Shown here: in pieces, positions 18,758-30,176 of the stretch
Position numbering within the stretch: the stretch's first letter is position 1
Layout: every line of letters starts with the position of its first letter
Virus record (IMG/VR): IMGVR_UViG_3300032303_000869
Coordinates: 1-52,602 of that record
Length of the DNA: 52,602 bases
Origin: a virus
Taxonomy: Duplodnaviria; Caudoviricetes
Reading direction: 5' to 3' (one strand)
Program-made: the position numbers and the translations under genes
The notes under the pieces: generated by a model
The model's database searches: none
What the model saw: only the letters and a program-made list of their open reading frames with translations
What the model was told of the DNA's origin: nothing

Positions 18758-21700
18758 TTATACCTCGCTTAAATAAACAGTCATGTCTGGGCCATTAATA
18801 CTTCTTGAATATTCAATATTATATACTACAAACCTATTATTTTCAGAAGATATTAAATTTAAATTATCAGAATTTTTATAATCAATAGTAACAATATCTC
18901 CTAATTGTAATGTTGGTATAGCAAATAACTTTAATCCTATTGATTTTTTAGGGGTCATTACTTTATTAATAATCCATCCCATCAAGGCTTCTGCATCATC
19001 CTGTGTTTGTATATATGGAGTGTTTATTGAAAACTCATTCTTGCCGTAGATTAATCTACTTAGTTTTATTTGATCATATTTAACTTTTTCAAATATTGGA
19101 GAATATGTTAAGGAATTACCCTGCAATGGTGGGTCTGACAAATTTCCACGTTTTTTAAAATATTCATCAACAGATAGTTCATGTGTTGTATCTTGTGTAA
19201 ATGCAATACCCTGAATTCGTAAATAGTTACCAGTTGTTTCGTCTAAATTAATTGCTGAATCTGTTGAGTTAAAAATTAAAAATTCTGCCCCATAAGAATC
19301 TGCATAAAATCCAGAAACTGTATAAGTTTTTATTCTATTAAATGTTGGAGAAAGTTCTGCATAAAGTGCTGGGTATGCACGATCATATTTAATATTAAAA
19401 TATGCACATTCACGCATAATTGATCCAAATTCTTCAAAATACATATTATATTTAGGAGGTTGTTGTGCACTAATACCAGATAAATATGTTGATTGAACGG
19501 TTTTATTCATTTCATATTTTCTAAATGATTCATTAGAACTAACTTCTTTATCTTTAAAAGTAGATAATATTGTATCTCCAGTTAACACACTAGAGTTTTG
19601 AGAATAATTTTCTGATAAAGCATATATATTTTCAAACATACACTTTGAAGATCCACGAGTAAATAAAGCAATATTGTTATAAATTGGAAGTGGATCTAGA
19701 TCATCTACAACCTTAACTATTTGATTATTAATATACAAGAAAAATCTTCTAATATTTCCTATGTCTTGATACTCTACTGATAAATCATATACTGTTGGGT
19801 TTTCTTCTCCTGAAACTCTGTGTTGTCCAGTAAATTTTCCATCATCAACTAATATTTGACTAAGTCCGCCCCATAATTTTATTGGAATTGCATTATCCGA
19901 AGAATTTTCTTTTTTAATTTTATAGAATATTATATTATTAATTGATATATTAGATTGATTATTTTTATCTAAATTTAAATAAGATTCAACATTATTTTCT
20001 GTTAAAGCAACAATTTCAAAATAATACCCATTATTTGTTTCTGGGTTTAACATAACTGCTAAACCTCCGCTACCACCACCAATGTTAATACTTTGATTTG
20101 CTTGAACTCCTCCAATTTGATAATATGGCATACTTCCAATAGGTGTTTGACTTCTTATTTCATTATTTTCAATTTTTCCAATTATCCTCATTCTTGTTCC
20201 AAAATTTTTATATGCATTATCTAAACTTTTATAAACATAAGATACAAAATCAATTGGAGTTTCTGTACTTTTAAAAGAAGGACCGTTCATAACTAAAGCA
20301 GAAGATTGAATTGTTCCAGATTGTGTAGATTTTAGATTATTTACTTCTGTTTCTGTAGAGTAACTAGTAGCCATATAATTTTTAATAATGCTATTTCTAG
20401 ATGTTTGTCTTGATAAAACATTGTTAATTCCTGCTGGACCAACGGATGTTTGTGGTAGTATTGGATTAATATCTGTTGTAAATAAATATTGTGACTTCAT
20501 GTTGCATCCACGAACATAATCATTATTAGACCAATAAGAATCTATTCCAGCGGTATGCGATGTTACTGGTGTTCCAAATTGGCCACGACCATGTTCATAA
20601 ACTTCTCCTGGTTGTAATCTTGTTATAGAGTTATTAGTTTCGTAGTATGGTGTTGAAAAAATACGAATAAGTCCAGTTGGGTATATTTTGCCATTAAAAG
20701 GTAATGATGCAAAGTATTTTTGATATTCTTGATTGCTTGAAATCCAAACATTACCAATTCCAGTAATGCTAAATTCTGCCGCATCATATCTAATTATTTC
20801 TCCATTAGAAAACAGATATCCTTGATATCTTGTTAACCAATAAACATTTTCTCCAATATCAATAATGTTGTTAATAACTATGCCATTAACCACTGTTGGC
20901 AATAAACTAGATAGGTCTGAGTTTAATGGCATTGCACCCAAAACATATTTACTCTGTTTTGATGCTACCTCGTTTATTGTTTTTGTTGAAGTTGTTCCAG
21001 ACGCTTCCCATAATAAGACTGGTTTATATATCCATGTTTTTTCTTTATCAATTACCGACGATTGTCTGATTGAGCCATAAGATCTTTGAATATATCGAGT
21101 TGTATAGTTTATTTTGCCATCATTAAATATTTTTTTATCTTCACTACTTATAGCAATAATATTTGGTATTTTTGATAATGTTTGATTTTCAATAATGCCA
21201 GAATTTGATTGATTATTATTTCCAAGTAAATCTATGTCGGTATTACGCATGTCATTTGTTGGCATTAAGTAGTCTTTGCTCATTACTATAAAGTTATTAT
21301 ATTCATCAAAAAACATTGCTGTTTGTGTTGATATTGCAAGTTGGTTTAACACTTCTGCAACATTTTGATCTGGAGCAACAAAAAAATAAGGAATAATTGG
21401 ATCATTTTCATTATCAACTCTTTTAAAAGAATAATTAGTAAATCCAATATAATCTAACAATAAAGATATGGCATAACTTAATGAAACTTCTGTAACCAGT
21501 ATTCTTGGAGCAGGCATTGATTCTAAAAAGAAATAAAAATCTCTTAACTCTAACGATAATTTACCTGCGGTTACATCAGATTGTGGCATACCTTCTGAAT
21601 ATAATGTTTTTATTGGAACAAAATAATTTGAACCATCTACATTTAATATTTCTTCATAAAAATTAAATTTAATATTTTTTCTTAAATAATTTTTAATAAT

Positions 21701-23071
21701 ACTATTTAAATTATTATAATTAAACGCTTGATCTATATCAAATATAGATATAGACCCAGTAGATGCTAATAATTGTCCAACTGGCAATGATGTATTTCCA
21801 AGATCAGAAAGTGATTTACGAACAGTATATTCAATAACGCTATCTGATATATCCGCAACAAGTCTTGGAGACATCTCAATTAAATCAAAAGTAGATTCAT
21901 TTTTATTCATTAATTCTACAATAACCCTAATTCCACGAATGTATTCAAATTCTGTATATTTAGATTCTTTAGTTATTGGATCAAGAAATGCTTTTGGAGA
22001 TACAAAATTTTTAACAAAATTTGTTTGACTTGTTATTAACTCAGAACCTAGCGTCCAGCCATATTGTGGAATAAATGTTTCATATTCAGACAAAGTACTA
22101 TTCCAAACATAAAATACTCCTAGATCTGATTCATTATTTTTAATTAAATATGCATATCCATTTATTGATGATTCTGGAAGAAGTGTTGTAGAATAATAGG
22201 TATCTATAAATAAAAAATTTTCTATAAAACGATTTGGAACTATTAAACCATATTCTAATTCAACATAGCCATCTGATTTTATTATTGCACTACCGTCTGG
22301 TCTTGTTGAATTTTCATTAAATGAATAAATATCTGTCCAATTATTATTTTTTAAATATTGTATTTTCCATCTTTTAGGAGTTGTTTTATTATTATCTCCA
22401 TATAGCGGGTCTGGAGTATTTAACGAAAAATTAACAAAATTAGTTAAATCTACATCTCCAACATTTGTTTGCATTTTAATTACAATTCTATTTGCAGGAA
22501 CTTGTTCTTTATATACTACAAATGGTACTGCATCGTCAATATAATACTGCCCACCTGATATCCTTGCAATACCCCTTTCTAAACCATCTTCTTTTCTATA
22601 TGAGTTCCAATATTTAAATTGATCATATCTAGAAGACATGTAATATCTTGGTCGTTGTGCTAAAAACTCTCCAGAATTTGCAAGATATTGATTATTATTA
22701 TAAAAAAATAATGGCTTATTTATTCCAGATCTTGGTCTAAATGGTTTTAAACAATCTTCTAATGAATAAAGCAGTTTTCTTTTTTGTTCTATAGATGTAA
22801 ATTGTTGTGGCAAATCTTGATTATCTACTCCCCCATCTATAGAAATTTCAGAATTTACTGCATCTGTGTAATAATCTCCTTCGTCTAATTGATCAAATGT
22901 TGATGGCAAAGTTTTATATTTTAATTCTGACCCTATTGGTCTATATCTATAGTTGCCAACATAAAAAATATTATCTGGCATATTCATATTCCATTCAGCA
23001 ATAACTAAAGATTTAGTTTGAATTGTTGCTGATGTTTCAAAATGATTTTTTAGTGTTTCACTAACAAACAA
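18758..23071 (-). CDS. Large minor tail protein (tail tip/hub)
   Basis: 1437 aa; TTG start with SD GAGG; second gene after the tape measure; C-terminal PTLQLGDIVTI hub-type motif. Confidence 0.75.
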   Translation of the reverse strand: MFVSETLKNHFETSATIQTKSLVIAEWNMNMPDNIFYVGNYRYRPIGSELKYKTLPSTFDQLDEGDYYTDAVNSEISIDGGVDNQDLPQQFTSIEQKRKLLYSLEDCLKPFRPRSGINKPLFFYNNNQYLANSGEFLAQRPRYYMSSRYDQFKYWNSYRKEDGLERGIARISGGQYYIDDAVPFVVYKEQVPANRIVIKMQTNVGDVDLTNFVNFSLNTPDPLYGDNNKTTPKRWKIQYLKNNNWTDIYSFNENSTRPDGSAIIKSDGYVELEYGLIVPNRFIENFLFIDTYYSTTLLPESSINGYAYLIKNNESDLGVFYVWNSTLSEYETFIPQYGWTLGSELITSQTNFVKNFVSPKAFLDPITKESKYTEFEYIRGIRVIVELMNKNESTFDLIEMSPRLVADISDSVIEYTVRKSLSDLGNTSLPVGQLLASTGSISIFDIDQAFNYNNLNSIIKNYLRKNIKFNFYEEILNVDGSNYFVPIKTLYSEGMPQSDVTAGKLSLELRDFYFFLESMPAPRILVTEVSLSYAISLLLDYIGFTNYSFKRVDNENDPIIPYFFVAPDQNVAEVLNQLAISTQTAMFFDEYNNFIVMSKDYLMPTNDMRNTDIDLLGNNNQSNSGIIENQTLSKIPNIIAISSEDKKIFNDGKINYTTRYIQRSYGSIRQSSVIDKEKTWIYKPVLLWEASGTTSTKTINEVASKQSKYVLGAMPLNSDLSSLLPTVVNGIVINNIIDIGENVYWLTRYQGYLFSNGEIIRYDAAEFSITGIGNVWISSNQEYQKYFASLPFNGKIYPTGLIRIFSTPYYETNNSITRLQPGEVYEHGRGQFGTPVTSHTAGIDSYWSNNDYVRGCNMKSQYLFTTDINPILPQTSVGPAGINNVLSRQTSRNSIIKNYMATSYSTETEVNNLKSTQSGTIQSSALVMNGPSFKSTETPIDFVSYVYKSLDNAYKNFGTRMRIIGKIENNEIRSQTPIGSMPYYQIGGVQANQSINIGGGSGGLAVMLNPETNNGYYFEIVALTENNVESYLNLDKNNQSNISINNIIFYKIKKENSSDNAIPIKLWGGLSQILVDDGKFTGQHRVSGEENPTVYDLSVEYQDIGNIRRFFLYINNQIVKVVDDLDPLPIYNNIALFTRGSSKCMFENIYALSENYSQNSSVLTGDTILSTFKDKEVSSNESFRKYEMNKTVQSTYLSGISAQQPPKYNMYFEEFGSIMRECAYFNIKYDRAYPALYAELSPTFNRIKTYTVSGFYADSYGAEFLIFNSTDSAINLDETTGNYLRIQGIAFTQDTTHELSVDEYFKKRGNLSDPPLQGNSLTYSPIFEKVKYDQIKLSRLIYGKNEFSINTPYIQTQDDAEALMGWIINKVMTPKKSIGLKLFAIPTLQLGDIVTIDYKNSDNLNLISSENNRFVVYNIEYSRSINGPDMTVYLSEV

Positions 23072-23072
23072 C

Positions 23073-23714
23073 TTATACCTCTTCCAGAGTTACTGAAATA
23101 TTCCAAAGATCATAACTTGTTCCACCACGTTTAACAACGCTGTAGTTAAAGTCAGAAAAATAAACTTGTATAACTTGATTATATCCACGAAGGTGTTGAA
23201 AAGATTCATTAACAACTTCTCCATTTACTTTAAATTCATTATATTTATCATATGACAAAAACATCCAAAAAGGACCTTGATGATTTTCATACCAATCTAA
23301 AATTGCTACACCACCAGCACCTCCATCTGCAATAAATTCTTGAGTTTGATTTTTATATGGTGATACTCCAGTTGATGAAAAATCTGCTTTTCTGTCATAT
23401 GCACTAGATGGTAAATTATTCCAAGAAACAGTCATTGAAAATTTATCTGCAATATGATAGGATCTCATCCTACCATTAATTGTTCTTTCACGTTTTTCAA
23501 TTCTTTCATTATTAAAAGACATTTCACCCCTATTATGATCTGATAAAATTAAAAATTTATTTACCCCACCATTAGTAAGGCTTGAATGTGCACCTATTTC
23601 TTGTCCAGAAGGCACTTGAAAACCATTAATATTTACTCCAGGATTTTCTGACCAAATTATTCCTTGTGCTCTTGTATATCTTCTTCTACCAATTAAATAT
23701 TCTAATGATGCCAT
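23073..23714 (-). CDS. Distal tail (Dit-like) minor tail protein
   Basis: Immediately follows the tape measure; ERTINGRMRSYH...VSVTLEEV-type motifs. Confidence 0.7.
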   Translation of the reverse strand: MASLEYLIGRRRYTRAQGIIWSENPGVNINGFQVPSGQEIGAHSSLTNGGVNKFLILSDHNRGEMSFNNERIEKRERTINGRMRSYHIADKFSMTVSWNNLPSSAYDRKADFSSTGVSPYKNQTQEFIADGGAGGVAILDWYENHQGPFWMFLSYDKYNEFKVNGEVVNESFQHLRGYNQVIQVYFSDFNYSVVKRGGTSYDLWNISVTLEEV

Positions 23715-26700
23715 TACAGTCCCCTTTGAGTTTTAATTCTTTGATTATCAATTCTTTTAATCTGTGTTATAACTGTTCTTGCAATATCATCTGCATTAGA
23801 TTCAGATTTAACATTTAGATTTAAATTATAATTATACACTGAAGATCCACTGTATGAACCATCATTTATTTTATTAAGATTATTTACTCCAAATGAATCA
23901 ACAGCATTTTTACGAATAACAAATTCTCCAGGGGTTAGCATTGCTGGAATTGTATCACTACCTCTAGAGTATCCTCCAGAAACATAGTACTTAGGAATTA
24001 TACCGCCCATTGCTCTTGCACGGTACGAAACTGCTGGTGCAATTGGCTTAACTGCAGGCGTTGATCCATAAAGACCTCCCGACAATCCTTGACTATATGC
24101 ACTTGGAGTTTTTGGAGTCAAAGCAGGTGTTGGTCCATAAAGACCTCCCGACAATCCTTGACTATATGCACTTGGAGTTTTTGGAGTCAAAGCAGGTGTT
24201 GGTCCATAAAGACCTCCCGACAATCCTTGACTATATGCACTTTCAGTTTCTGGAGATGGTTTATCTGTGCCTCCGCCTCCGCCTCCGCCACCGCCTCCGC
24301 CTCCGCCTCCGCCAGTAGAAATTGTATTAATAATATGAGTAGTAGTAACTGTTGTGTTAAGTTTTAAAATTGTATCTAGCACACTTTGTGCATTAGCCTG
24401 AGTTTTTGCAATTTCACTTTTGTATAACTGAGCATCAACTAACTTTAAGTCATCAGCAAGTTTTGTATCTGCCCAAAATTGTCTTTGTTGAACAATAACA
24501 TCTAAATCTGCTTTTAATTTGTCTTTAGTTTTGGTTAATGCTTCTTCTGCAGTAATAACTACATTTTTTGCTGTTAACAAAGTGCCTTGTTGAATTGTAT
24601 AAATTTTATCTTCTTCTACACGAATTGCTGCGGTAGCAACTGCTCTTTGTTGTTCTAATGCATAAATTTGTTGTTCAATTGCAAACTGTCTTTGAGCAAT
24701 TTGATCTTTTGTTAATCCACCTGCACTAGTTACTCCTGCAATTTCAGACTCTCTTGCAGCCTGCAAAGCATCTGTACTTCTTTTCATAGAAGCCTGTGCT
24801 GCTTCCGCTCTTGCATCTTGTATAGCCTTGGCTGCTGCTGAAATATCTCCTTGAGTTAAAGCATCTGCAATTGTAAGTTTAGACTTTTCTTGCGCCATAA
24901 GATCTTGATTAATTTCAGAAATCTTATTAAGGGCCTTTTCTTGCAAATCATATTTATCATTAATTGATTGTGTTTGTTTATCAATATCTTTTAGTTGCTC
25001 AGAAAGCACTGAAGACTCTGCCTGCAAAGTTTCAATTGGTCTATTAAAGGTTAATTCTATATTTCTTTGTTTTTTCTCTATAGAATCTTGAATATCTGAT
25101 ATTTCTTTTTCTATTCCGCTTACTGCTTTTTGTGCAGTTTCTACTGCTGCTTCACCAGTTTTAATTGCATTTCTATATTTAGCCTCAATGCTTTGTTCTA
25201 CAATATCAAAAGTTTCTTCAATTGATAAGGGTGTTTTTTTAGTTTCTGAATTTACCTGTTTAATTAATCCAACTAAAACTTTCCAATTTTTAGAACCAAC
25301 CTTTGTTGTTGCTATTGCTGCAGCCAATATTGGATTTTTTGCTGCTTCAAATGCTTTTCCAGCCTCCATTCCTGAAGATTTTAATTTAATGTAAGAATTT
25401 CTAGTATTTTCTAATTCTTTTCTTTGTGTTATTAAATCTTCTTTTGCTTTTTGGAATGGACTTTTTTCTGTTGAGCCACCCGAATCTACTGGTTCAAAAG
25501 GTTTTGTTACAACATTTTTTGCTATAGCATCTGAAACAATTCTATATTGTTCTAATTCTTTTCTAGCCTTTTCTGCAACTCCTGGAGTCTTATCCATTAA
25601 ACGATTAAAAATATCTTGACCAACAGATGCATTAACTAAAGCGGCTTTTACAAGCAATAGTTTAGTGTCATAGTCTTTAATCCCTTTACTTGCCTCAGCA
25701 AACTTAGGGGCTACATTAAGTAAGATTTTATCCATAAGCAACATTCCTTCAGTTCCTTTAGGTATGGTTGCTGAAATTTCTGCCATTTTTTTATTGTATT
25801 CGTCTGCTTTAATTGTTTGATTTCCAAATGCTGAAGTTAAGCCTGTAAGGGTATTTGCAAGTGCTGCAGAAGTAATATTTAATTGCTTTTGTTGTTCTTT
25901 TGTTAGAGCAATTGTTTCTGGTCCTAAAATTACTCCACCTCTACCGCCACCAATAACTTTTCTTGTTTTTTTAACTCCGTCTTCAAATGCTTTGTTAAAT
26001 CCCTCTGTTGTATCTTTTGCTAATTTGACTGCAGCATTTTTTCCTTCTTCTGTAGATAAATCAATTTGTTTAAATTTTAAGGAAACTTCTGTTTTTCCAG
26101 CCTCTTCACCCAAGGCATCAATGTATGTTTTTACGGCTTCTTTTGTAAATCCTTGACCACCTAGATCTAATGCGATAGCATTAAAAGCAATTTCTGCTTC
26201 TTTTACTGTTCCAGTTTTAATAGCCTCAATATCTTTTTTATATTTATCTAAAAATTCTTTGCTGCCCCTTAATTCATCTACAGCAGTTTGTTCTGTAGCA
26301 TTAAGTTGGTTGGCACTAACTCTTGCTCCAGATCCCGCTCTTGCTGTTGGTGTTTGACCTAAAAGACCTGCTAAAAACTTAACTTTATCTGTTGTCATAG
26401 TCATTGCATCAGCAAGACCCTCTGTTGCCATTCTTTCTTTTTCTTTGGCTTTATTAAATAAATCAAAAGCACCTTTTGCTGTTAATAAACCAGATATAAC
26501 TAATCCAACTGGTCCTAAAAATCTTCCTATAATTTTCCCAAAATCTAATAAATTTGGAAGTAGTTTTTTTATTCCCCCAGAGAATAACGCTGTATTTAGT
26601 CCTGCTTTTTTTGTTGCAATGTTTTGAACTAACAATCCAGCGTTCATTCCTCTTTCAGTTGCAAGTCTTACAATTCCAGATTGAGTTAATAGACTAGTTA

Positions 26701-29700
26701 TAGCCTGTAAAGCAAACATTGCTGTTGTTACTTTAAATATTGTGCCAGACATTTCTCCCAATTTACCGCCAGACATTGAGGCAACACCAGCAAGAGACGA
26801 TATTGCAAAAGAAGAACCCATTAATCCTCTATCAAATGATCTTAATCTATCGTTCATTGATTTTATGTTTGTTGCAGTTGTTTTAACTCCTGCATTAATT
26901 TCTGGACTCATTGGAGCATTTGCTGCTACCGCTCCAATTGTTGTTGCTGGTCCTTGAGGTCTTGTTGCTCTTCTTGTTCCCCTTTGTGTACCGCCAACTG
27001 CAGCATTAGATAAATTACTTCCTGCTCTTGCTACATCATCTTGTCTATCTGCCATTCCAACTTCAAGACCACGAGCAATATCTTGTCCAATTTTTCTTGT
27101 TCTTCTAGATGGAGATGCTACTTGCGCTTCTTTTTCTGTAGCAGTAATTGCAGATCTTGCACTTTTTATTCCCATTGCTTCTAAAATAGCAGCATCTTGT
27201 TTATTATATTTTGCTTGTTGTCCCGCTCTTACTCCAGCAATCATATTTGCACCGCCACCAGTACCTGCAGTCTGTGCTCTTAGTTTTTTAAAATTTATTC
27301 CCGAACTTTGAGATAATGGCAAAGAGCGATTAGCAATCTGCTGTTCTAATTTTTGTATTTTTCTTTCTGTTGTTTTAGCAGCACTAGCATCTTTTGCTGG
27401 GTCGTATGCTCTAGATCCAAGAGTTTCATAATAATTTCCAGAAAGTCTGGCTCCAAGTCCTGCTGCTGCTGCTTGTCCTTGATATCCTGGATCAGTCATT
27501 GCTACTTGCCTTAATACTCCTGCAGATTTTCTAGTTGTAGGATGTATTCCTTTTTTAAGTTTGTCTAATTCTGTTGCAACTTCTTCTACTGATATGTTTA
27601 AAGTTTTTGCTGCCTCATCTATGTGTTGATTGTTAAAGTTTTCAATTATCTTACCGCTTTGTTGAATAGTATTAACATATGAATTAACATAGCCTGTATC
27701 AGCCTGAAGATTTGCTGCTTTCCAATTTTTAATATTAACTTGTTCTCCAGCAACATTCATAGAATTTACATCTGGAATAATATGTGAAGCCTGTTTTCTT
27801 TTTAAATTTGCAATTCTTTCATTGACTACCTTAACATCTGATACAGTTTTGTTTAATACCTCAGAGGCTGCTTTTTCAACTGCTGCAATTTCTGCTGGTA
27901 AAGTTTCCCAACTCATTGAAGAAGTCTGTTTGGCTACAGCGTATGGTGCTCTAAAAAGACCCAAGCCTTTTTTGATATCTCCAAGTGGCAAACCTTTTTT
28001 AAATCCAGGTATGTTATCTGCAATCATTCCATTGATTAATGGTGCATATTTCTTTGCCATTTCTGCTGGAATAACTGCTTCTCCTGGAGATAGCATTGCT
28101 GGAACTATATCTCCCGCTCCTTTTGGTCCAGGAACTGAAACAATACCGCTTGCAAATTTCTTAGCACCTCGTCCTGGCATCATCATTCCAGGATTATTAA
28201 GCATAAATGATTGACCTGCTCTAGTAGCACCTTGATATGCAGCAATTAATTTTTGAAGTGCTGCTGTTTCAGCAGTAAAACTTTGTGTTAATCTTGCATG
28301 TGATTGGTCTAGGGAGTGTGCAGCAGCGGCTGCTTCAAGTTGTTCTGTGTTTAAATATTGAGTTTGTTCTCCAAGAATTTGTGACTGGCCAGTTAATCTT
28401 AAATATCCCTGTCTTAATATCATTGCACCTTTGACTGTGTTAGCCAATAAGTTAGCCAATAAACCAAATGTCATTAAGAATATAGGTCCAACAGCACCTA
28501 TGCCAATTGTTAATACTGTAATTAACTTTTTAGTTCCGTCTGAAAGATTTCCAAATTTTTCTAATATGCCACTAACAAATTCAAGAATTGGTGTTGCTGC
28601 TTCTAGAAATGCTTTTCCAACTGGAACAAGTGCAATTTTAAGATCTTCAACGCTTTTCTTAAATTTATTCATTGAGGAATCTGCAGTCATTCCTAATTCT
28701 TGTTCTGATAAAGAAGACAATTCTTCCACTGATGAATTTGCTAAAGCAAGAACACGAGCAGCCTGATTTCCATCTTTTGCAACGTTAGCAAACAAAGTTG
28801 ACAAACGAGCAAATTGGAACTTGCCAAACATTTGTTCAATTGCTTGTGCTCTGTTAAGAGGGTCTAGTTGATTTAAAGCAGTTGCAAATTCAATAACAGT
28901 TGCTTTTAAATTTCCTTTATTTTTTGTAACAATCTCATTTGCATTTATTCCAAATTGAGCAAGCATTGCACTTGCTTTTGCTGTTGGATTAATTAGTGCT
29001 GCTAAACCAGACTTAAGTGCGTTAGCGCCTTCTGATGCATTAATTCCACCCTCTTTCATGGCTGTAATAAAAAATGTTAAATCTTTAACGTCGCCACCTA
29101 ATTGCTGAATAACTGGTGCTACTTTTGGAATAGCGGTAGTAATATCATCAAGAGATACGACGGTTTGGTTTTCTACTGCGTTTAAAAAGTTAATAGAGTC
29201 TGCAAGTTTATCGGAAGACATTCCAAAAGCATTTTGCAGTGAAATAGTTGTTTCAAGTGCTTTTTGACTATCAACTTGGCCAAGAACAGAAAGACGTGTT
29301 GCTTCTGTTGTTTGACGTTGTAAATCTAAACCCTGGAAACCTGCCGCTGCTGCTTCTGCTGCTAATCCTACAGTTGCAGAAACAGCAATTCCATATTTTG
29401 TAAATTGCTTTCCAAGTTCTGTAATATTATCTAATGCTTCTTGAGTTTCAGCCTTTGGTGTAAACAAATCTCCATAAACTTTTTTAAATTTAAGTGCTTG
29501 TGTTTCCATGTCCATAAAAGTTTTTGTTGCAGCAGACCCAACAATTGAAAGTGGTATTGTAAAACCAACCATAAGTTGACGTCCAGCCCATTGAGTATTT
29601 TTACCAAAATTTAATAGATTAGTAGAACCTTGTTTCATTAATTGATTAAATAATGCTTGTTTTTGTGCTGCAATTGCTGTCTTTGTACCAAAATCTTGCA

Positions 29701-30151
29701 TATTAAGAGTTGTTGGTCTAATAGCAATTGCTTCCATTGCTCCACTAGCATTACGACCCATTTTAATATATTGGGTTTGTAATGTTTTTACACGTTCTTC
29801 GGCTACCTTACCAATTGTGTCAAACTCTGATCTAAATAATTTTCCAAAAGTTTTTGTAGATGCACCAGCATAGCGGAAGTATTCCCGCATTGAAAATTTG
29901 TTTTTTTCTAAAGAGTTAGTAAATGTTTCTGCGCTTGTTTTTACAGTGCGAAGTTCTGCAGAAAAAGCACCAATTGAGTTAATGCTACCAAGTAGGTTTT
30001 TCTGCAGAGATCTTTGAGCAATTGTTGCTGATTCGCTAGATTTAGCAATAGAAGAGTGAAACTGAGATATTTGTCTCTGTAAAGCCTTTAGTTGTGCTAA
30101 CGCTTCAGACGTATCTATACTTACGCCAATATTAGCATTAACATCAGCCAT
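23714..30151 (-). CDS. Tape measure protein
   Basis: 2145 aa; Ala/Leu/Gln-rich helical; TP901-type TMP core (GGINASEGANALKS, MFGKF); two PAML(S/T)PGE motifs; follows the tail chaperones. Confidence 0.93.
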   Translation of the reverse strand: MADVNANIGVSIDTSEALAQLKALQRQISQFHSSIAKSSESATIAQRSLQKNLLGSINSIGAFSAELRTVKTSAETFTNSLEKNKFSMREYFRYAGASTKTFGKLFRSEFDTIGKVAEERVKTLQTQYIKMGRNASGAMEAIAIRPTTLNMQDFGTKTAIAAQKQALFNQLMKQGSTNLLNFGKNTQWAGRQLMVGFTIPLSIVGSAATKTFMDMETQALKFKKVYGDLFTPKAETQEALDNITELGKQFTKYGIAVSATVGLAAEAAAAGFQGLDLQRQTTEATRLSVLGQVDSQKALETTISLQNAFGMSSDKLADSINFLNAVENQTVVSLDDITTAIPKVAPVIQQLGGDVKDLTFFITAMKEGGINASEGANALKSGLAALINPTAKASAMLAQFGINANEIVTKNKGNLKATVIEFATALNQLDPLNRAQAIEQMFGKFQFARLSTLFANVAKDGNQAARVLALANSSVEELSSLSEQELGMTADSSMNKFKKSVEDLKIALVPVGKAFLEAATPILEFVSGILEKFGNLSDGTKKLITVLTIGIGAVGPIFLMTFGLLANLLANTVKGAMILRQGYLRLTGQSQILGEQTQYLNTEQLEAAAAAHSLDQSHARLTQSFTAETAALQKLIAAYQGATRAGQSFMLNNPGMMMPGRGAKKFASGIVSVPGPKGAGDIVPAMLSPGEAVIPAEMAKKYAPLINGMIADNIPGFKKGLPLGDIKKGLGLFRAPYAVAKQTSSMSWETLPAEIAAVEKAASEVLNKTVSDVKVVNERIANLKRKQASHIIPDVNSMNVAGEQVNIKNWKAANLQADTGYVNSYVNTIQQSGKIIENFNNQHIDEAAKTLNISVEEVATELDKLKKGIHPTTRKSAGVLRQVAMTDPGYQGQAAAAGLGARLSGNYYETLGSRAYDPAKDASAAKTTERKIQKLEQQIANRSLPLSQSSGINFKKLRAQTAGTGGGANMIAGVRAGQQAKYNKQDAAILEAMGIKSARSAITATEKEAQVASPSRRTRKIGQDIARGLEVGMADRQDDVARAGSNLSNAAVGGTQRGTRRATRPQGPATTIGAVAANAPMSPEINAGVKTTATNIKSMNDRLRSFDRGLMGSSFAISSLAGVASMSGGKLGEMSGTIFKVTTAMFALQAITSLLTQSGIVRLATERGMNAGLLVQNIATKKAGLNTALFSGGIKKLLPNLLDFGKIIGRFLGPVGLVISGLLTAKGAFDLFNKAKEKERMATEGLADAMTMTTDKVKFLAGLLGQTPTARAGSGARVSANQLNATEQTAVDELRGSKEFLDKYKKDIEAIKTGTVKEAEIAFNAIALDLGGQGFTKEAVKTYIDALGEEAGKTEVSLKFKQIDLSTEEGKNAAVKLAKDTTEGFNKAFEDGVKKTRKVIGGGRGGVILGPETIALTKEQQKQLNITSAALANTLTGLTSAFGNQTIKADEYNKKMAEISATIPKGTEGMLLMDKILLNVAPKFAEASKGIKDYDTKLLLVKAALVNASVGQDIFNRLMDKTPGVAEKARKELEQYRIVSDAIAKNVVTKPFEPVDSGGSTEKSPFQKAKEDLITQRKELENTRNSYIKLKSSGMEAGKAFEAAKNPILAAAIATTKVGSKNWKVLVGLIKQVNSETKKTPLSIEETFDIVEQSIEAKYRNAIKTGEAAVETAQKAVSGIEKEISDIQDSIEKKQRNIELTFNRPIETLQAESSVLSEQLKDIDKQTQSINDKYDLQEKALNKISEINQDLMAQEKSKLTIADALTQGDISAAAKAIQDARAEAAQASMKRSTDALQAARESEIAGVTSAGGLTKDQIAQRQFAIEQQIYALEQQRAVATAAIRVEEDKIYTIQQGTLLTAKNVVITAEEALTKTKDKLKADLDVIVQQRQFWADTKLADDLKLVDAQLYKSEIAKTQANAQSVLDTILKLNTTVTTTHIINTISTGGGGGGGGGGGGGGGTDKPSPETESAYSQGLSGGLYGPTPALTPKTPSAYSQGLSGGLYGPTPALTPKTPSAYSQGLSGGLYGSTPAVKPIAPAVSYRARAMGGIIPKYYVSGGYSRGSDTIPAMLTPGEFVIRKNAVDSFGVNNLNKINDGSYSGSSVYNYNLNLNVKSESNADDIARTVITQIKRIDNQRIKTQRGL
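24053..24241 (-). repeat. 69-bp in-frame tandem repeat (about 2.7 copies) in the tape measure C-terminus
   Basis: ccataaagacctcccgacaatccttgactatatgcact recurs at 24066, 24135 and 24204; encodes SAYSQGLSGGLYGPTPALTPKTP. Confidence 0.95.
24269..24313 (-). repeat. (GGC GGA)n microsatellite encoding Gly15
   Basis: gcctcc hexamer run on the + strand; 15 Gly codons. Confidence 0.95.
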
Positions 30152-30176
30152 GTGCTACACCTTCTTTAATATGTAA

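Noticed and set aside
24053-24241. Direct repeats as a mini-CRISPR array
   Set aside because: The intervening segments are identical rather than unique spacers, and the 69-bp period is in frame within the TMP.
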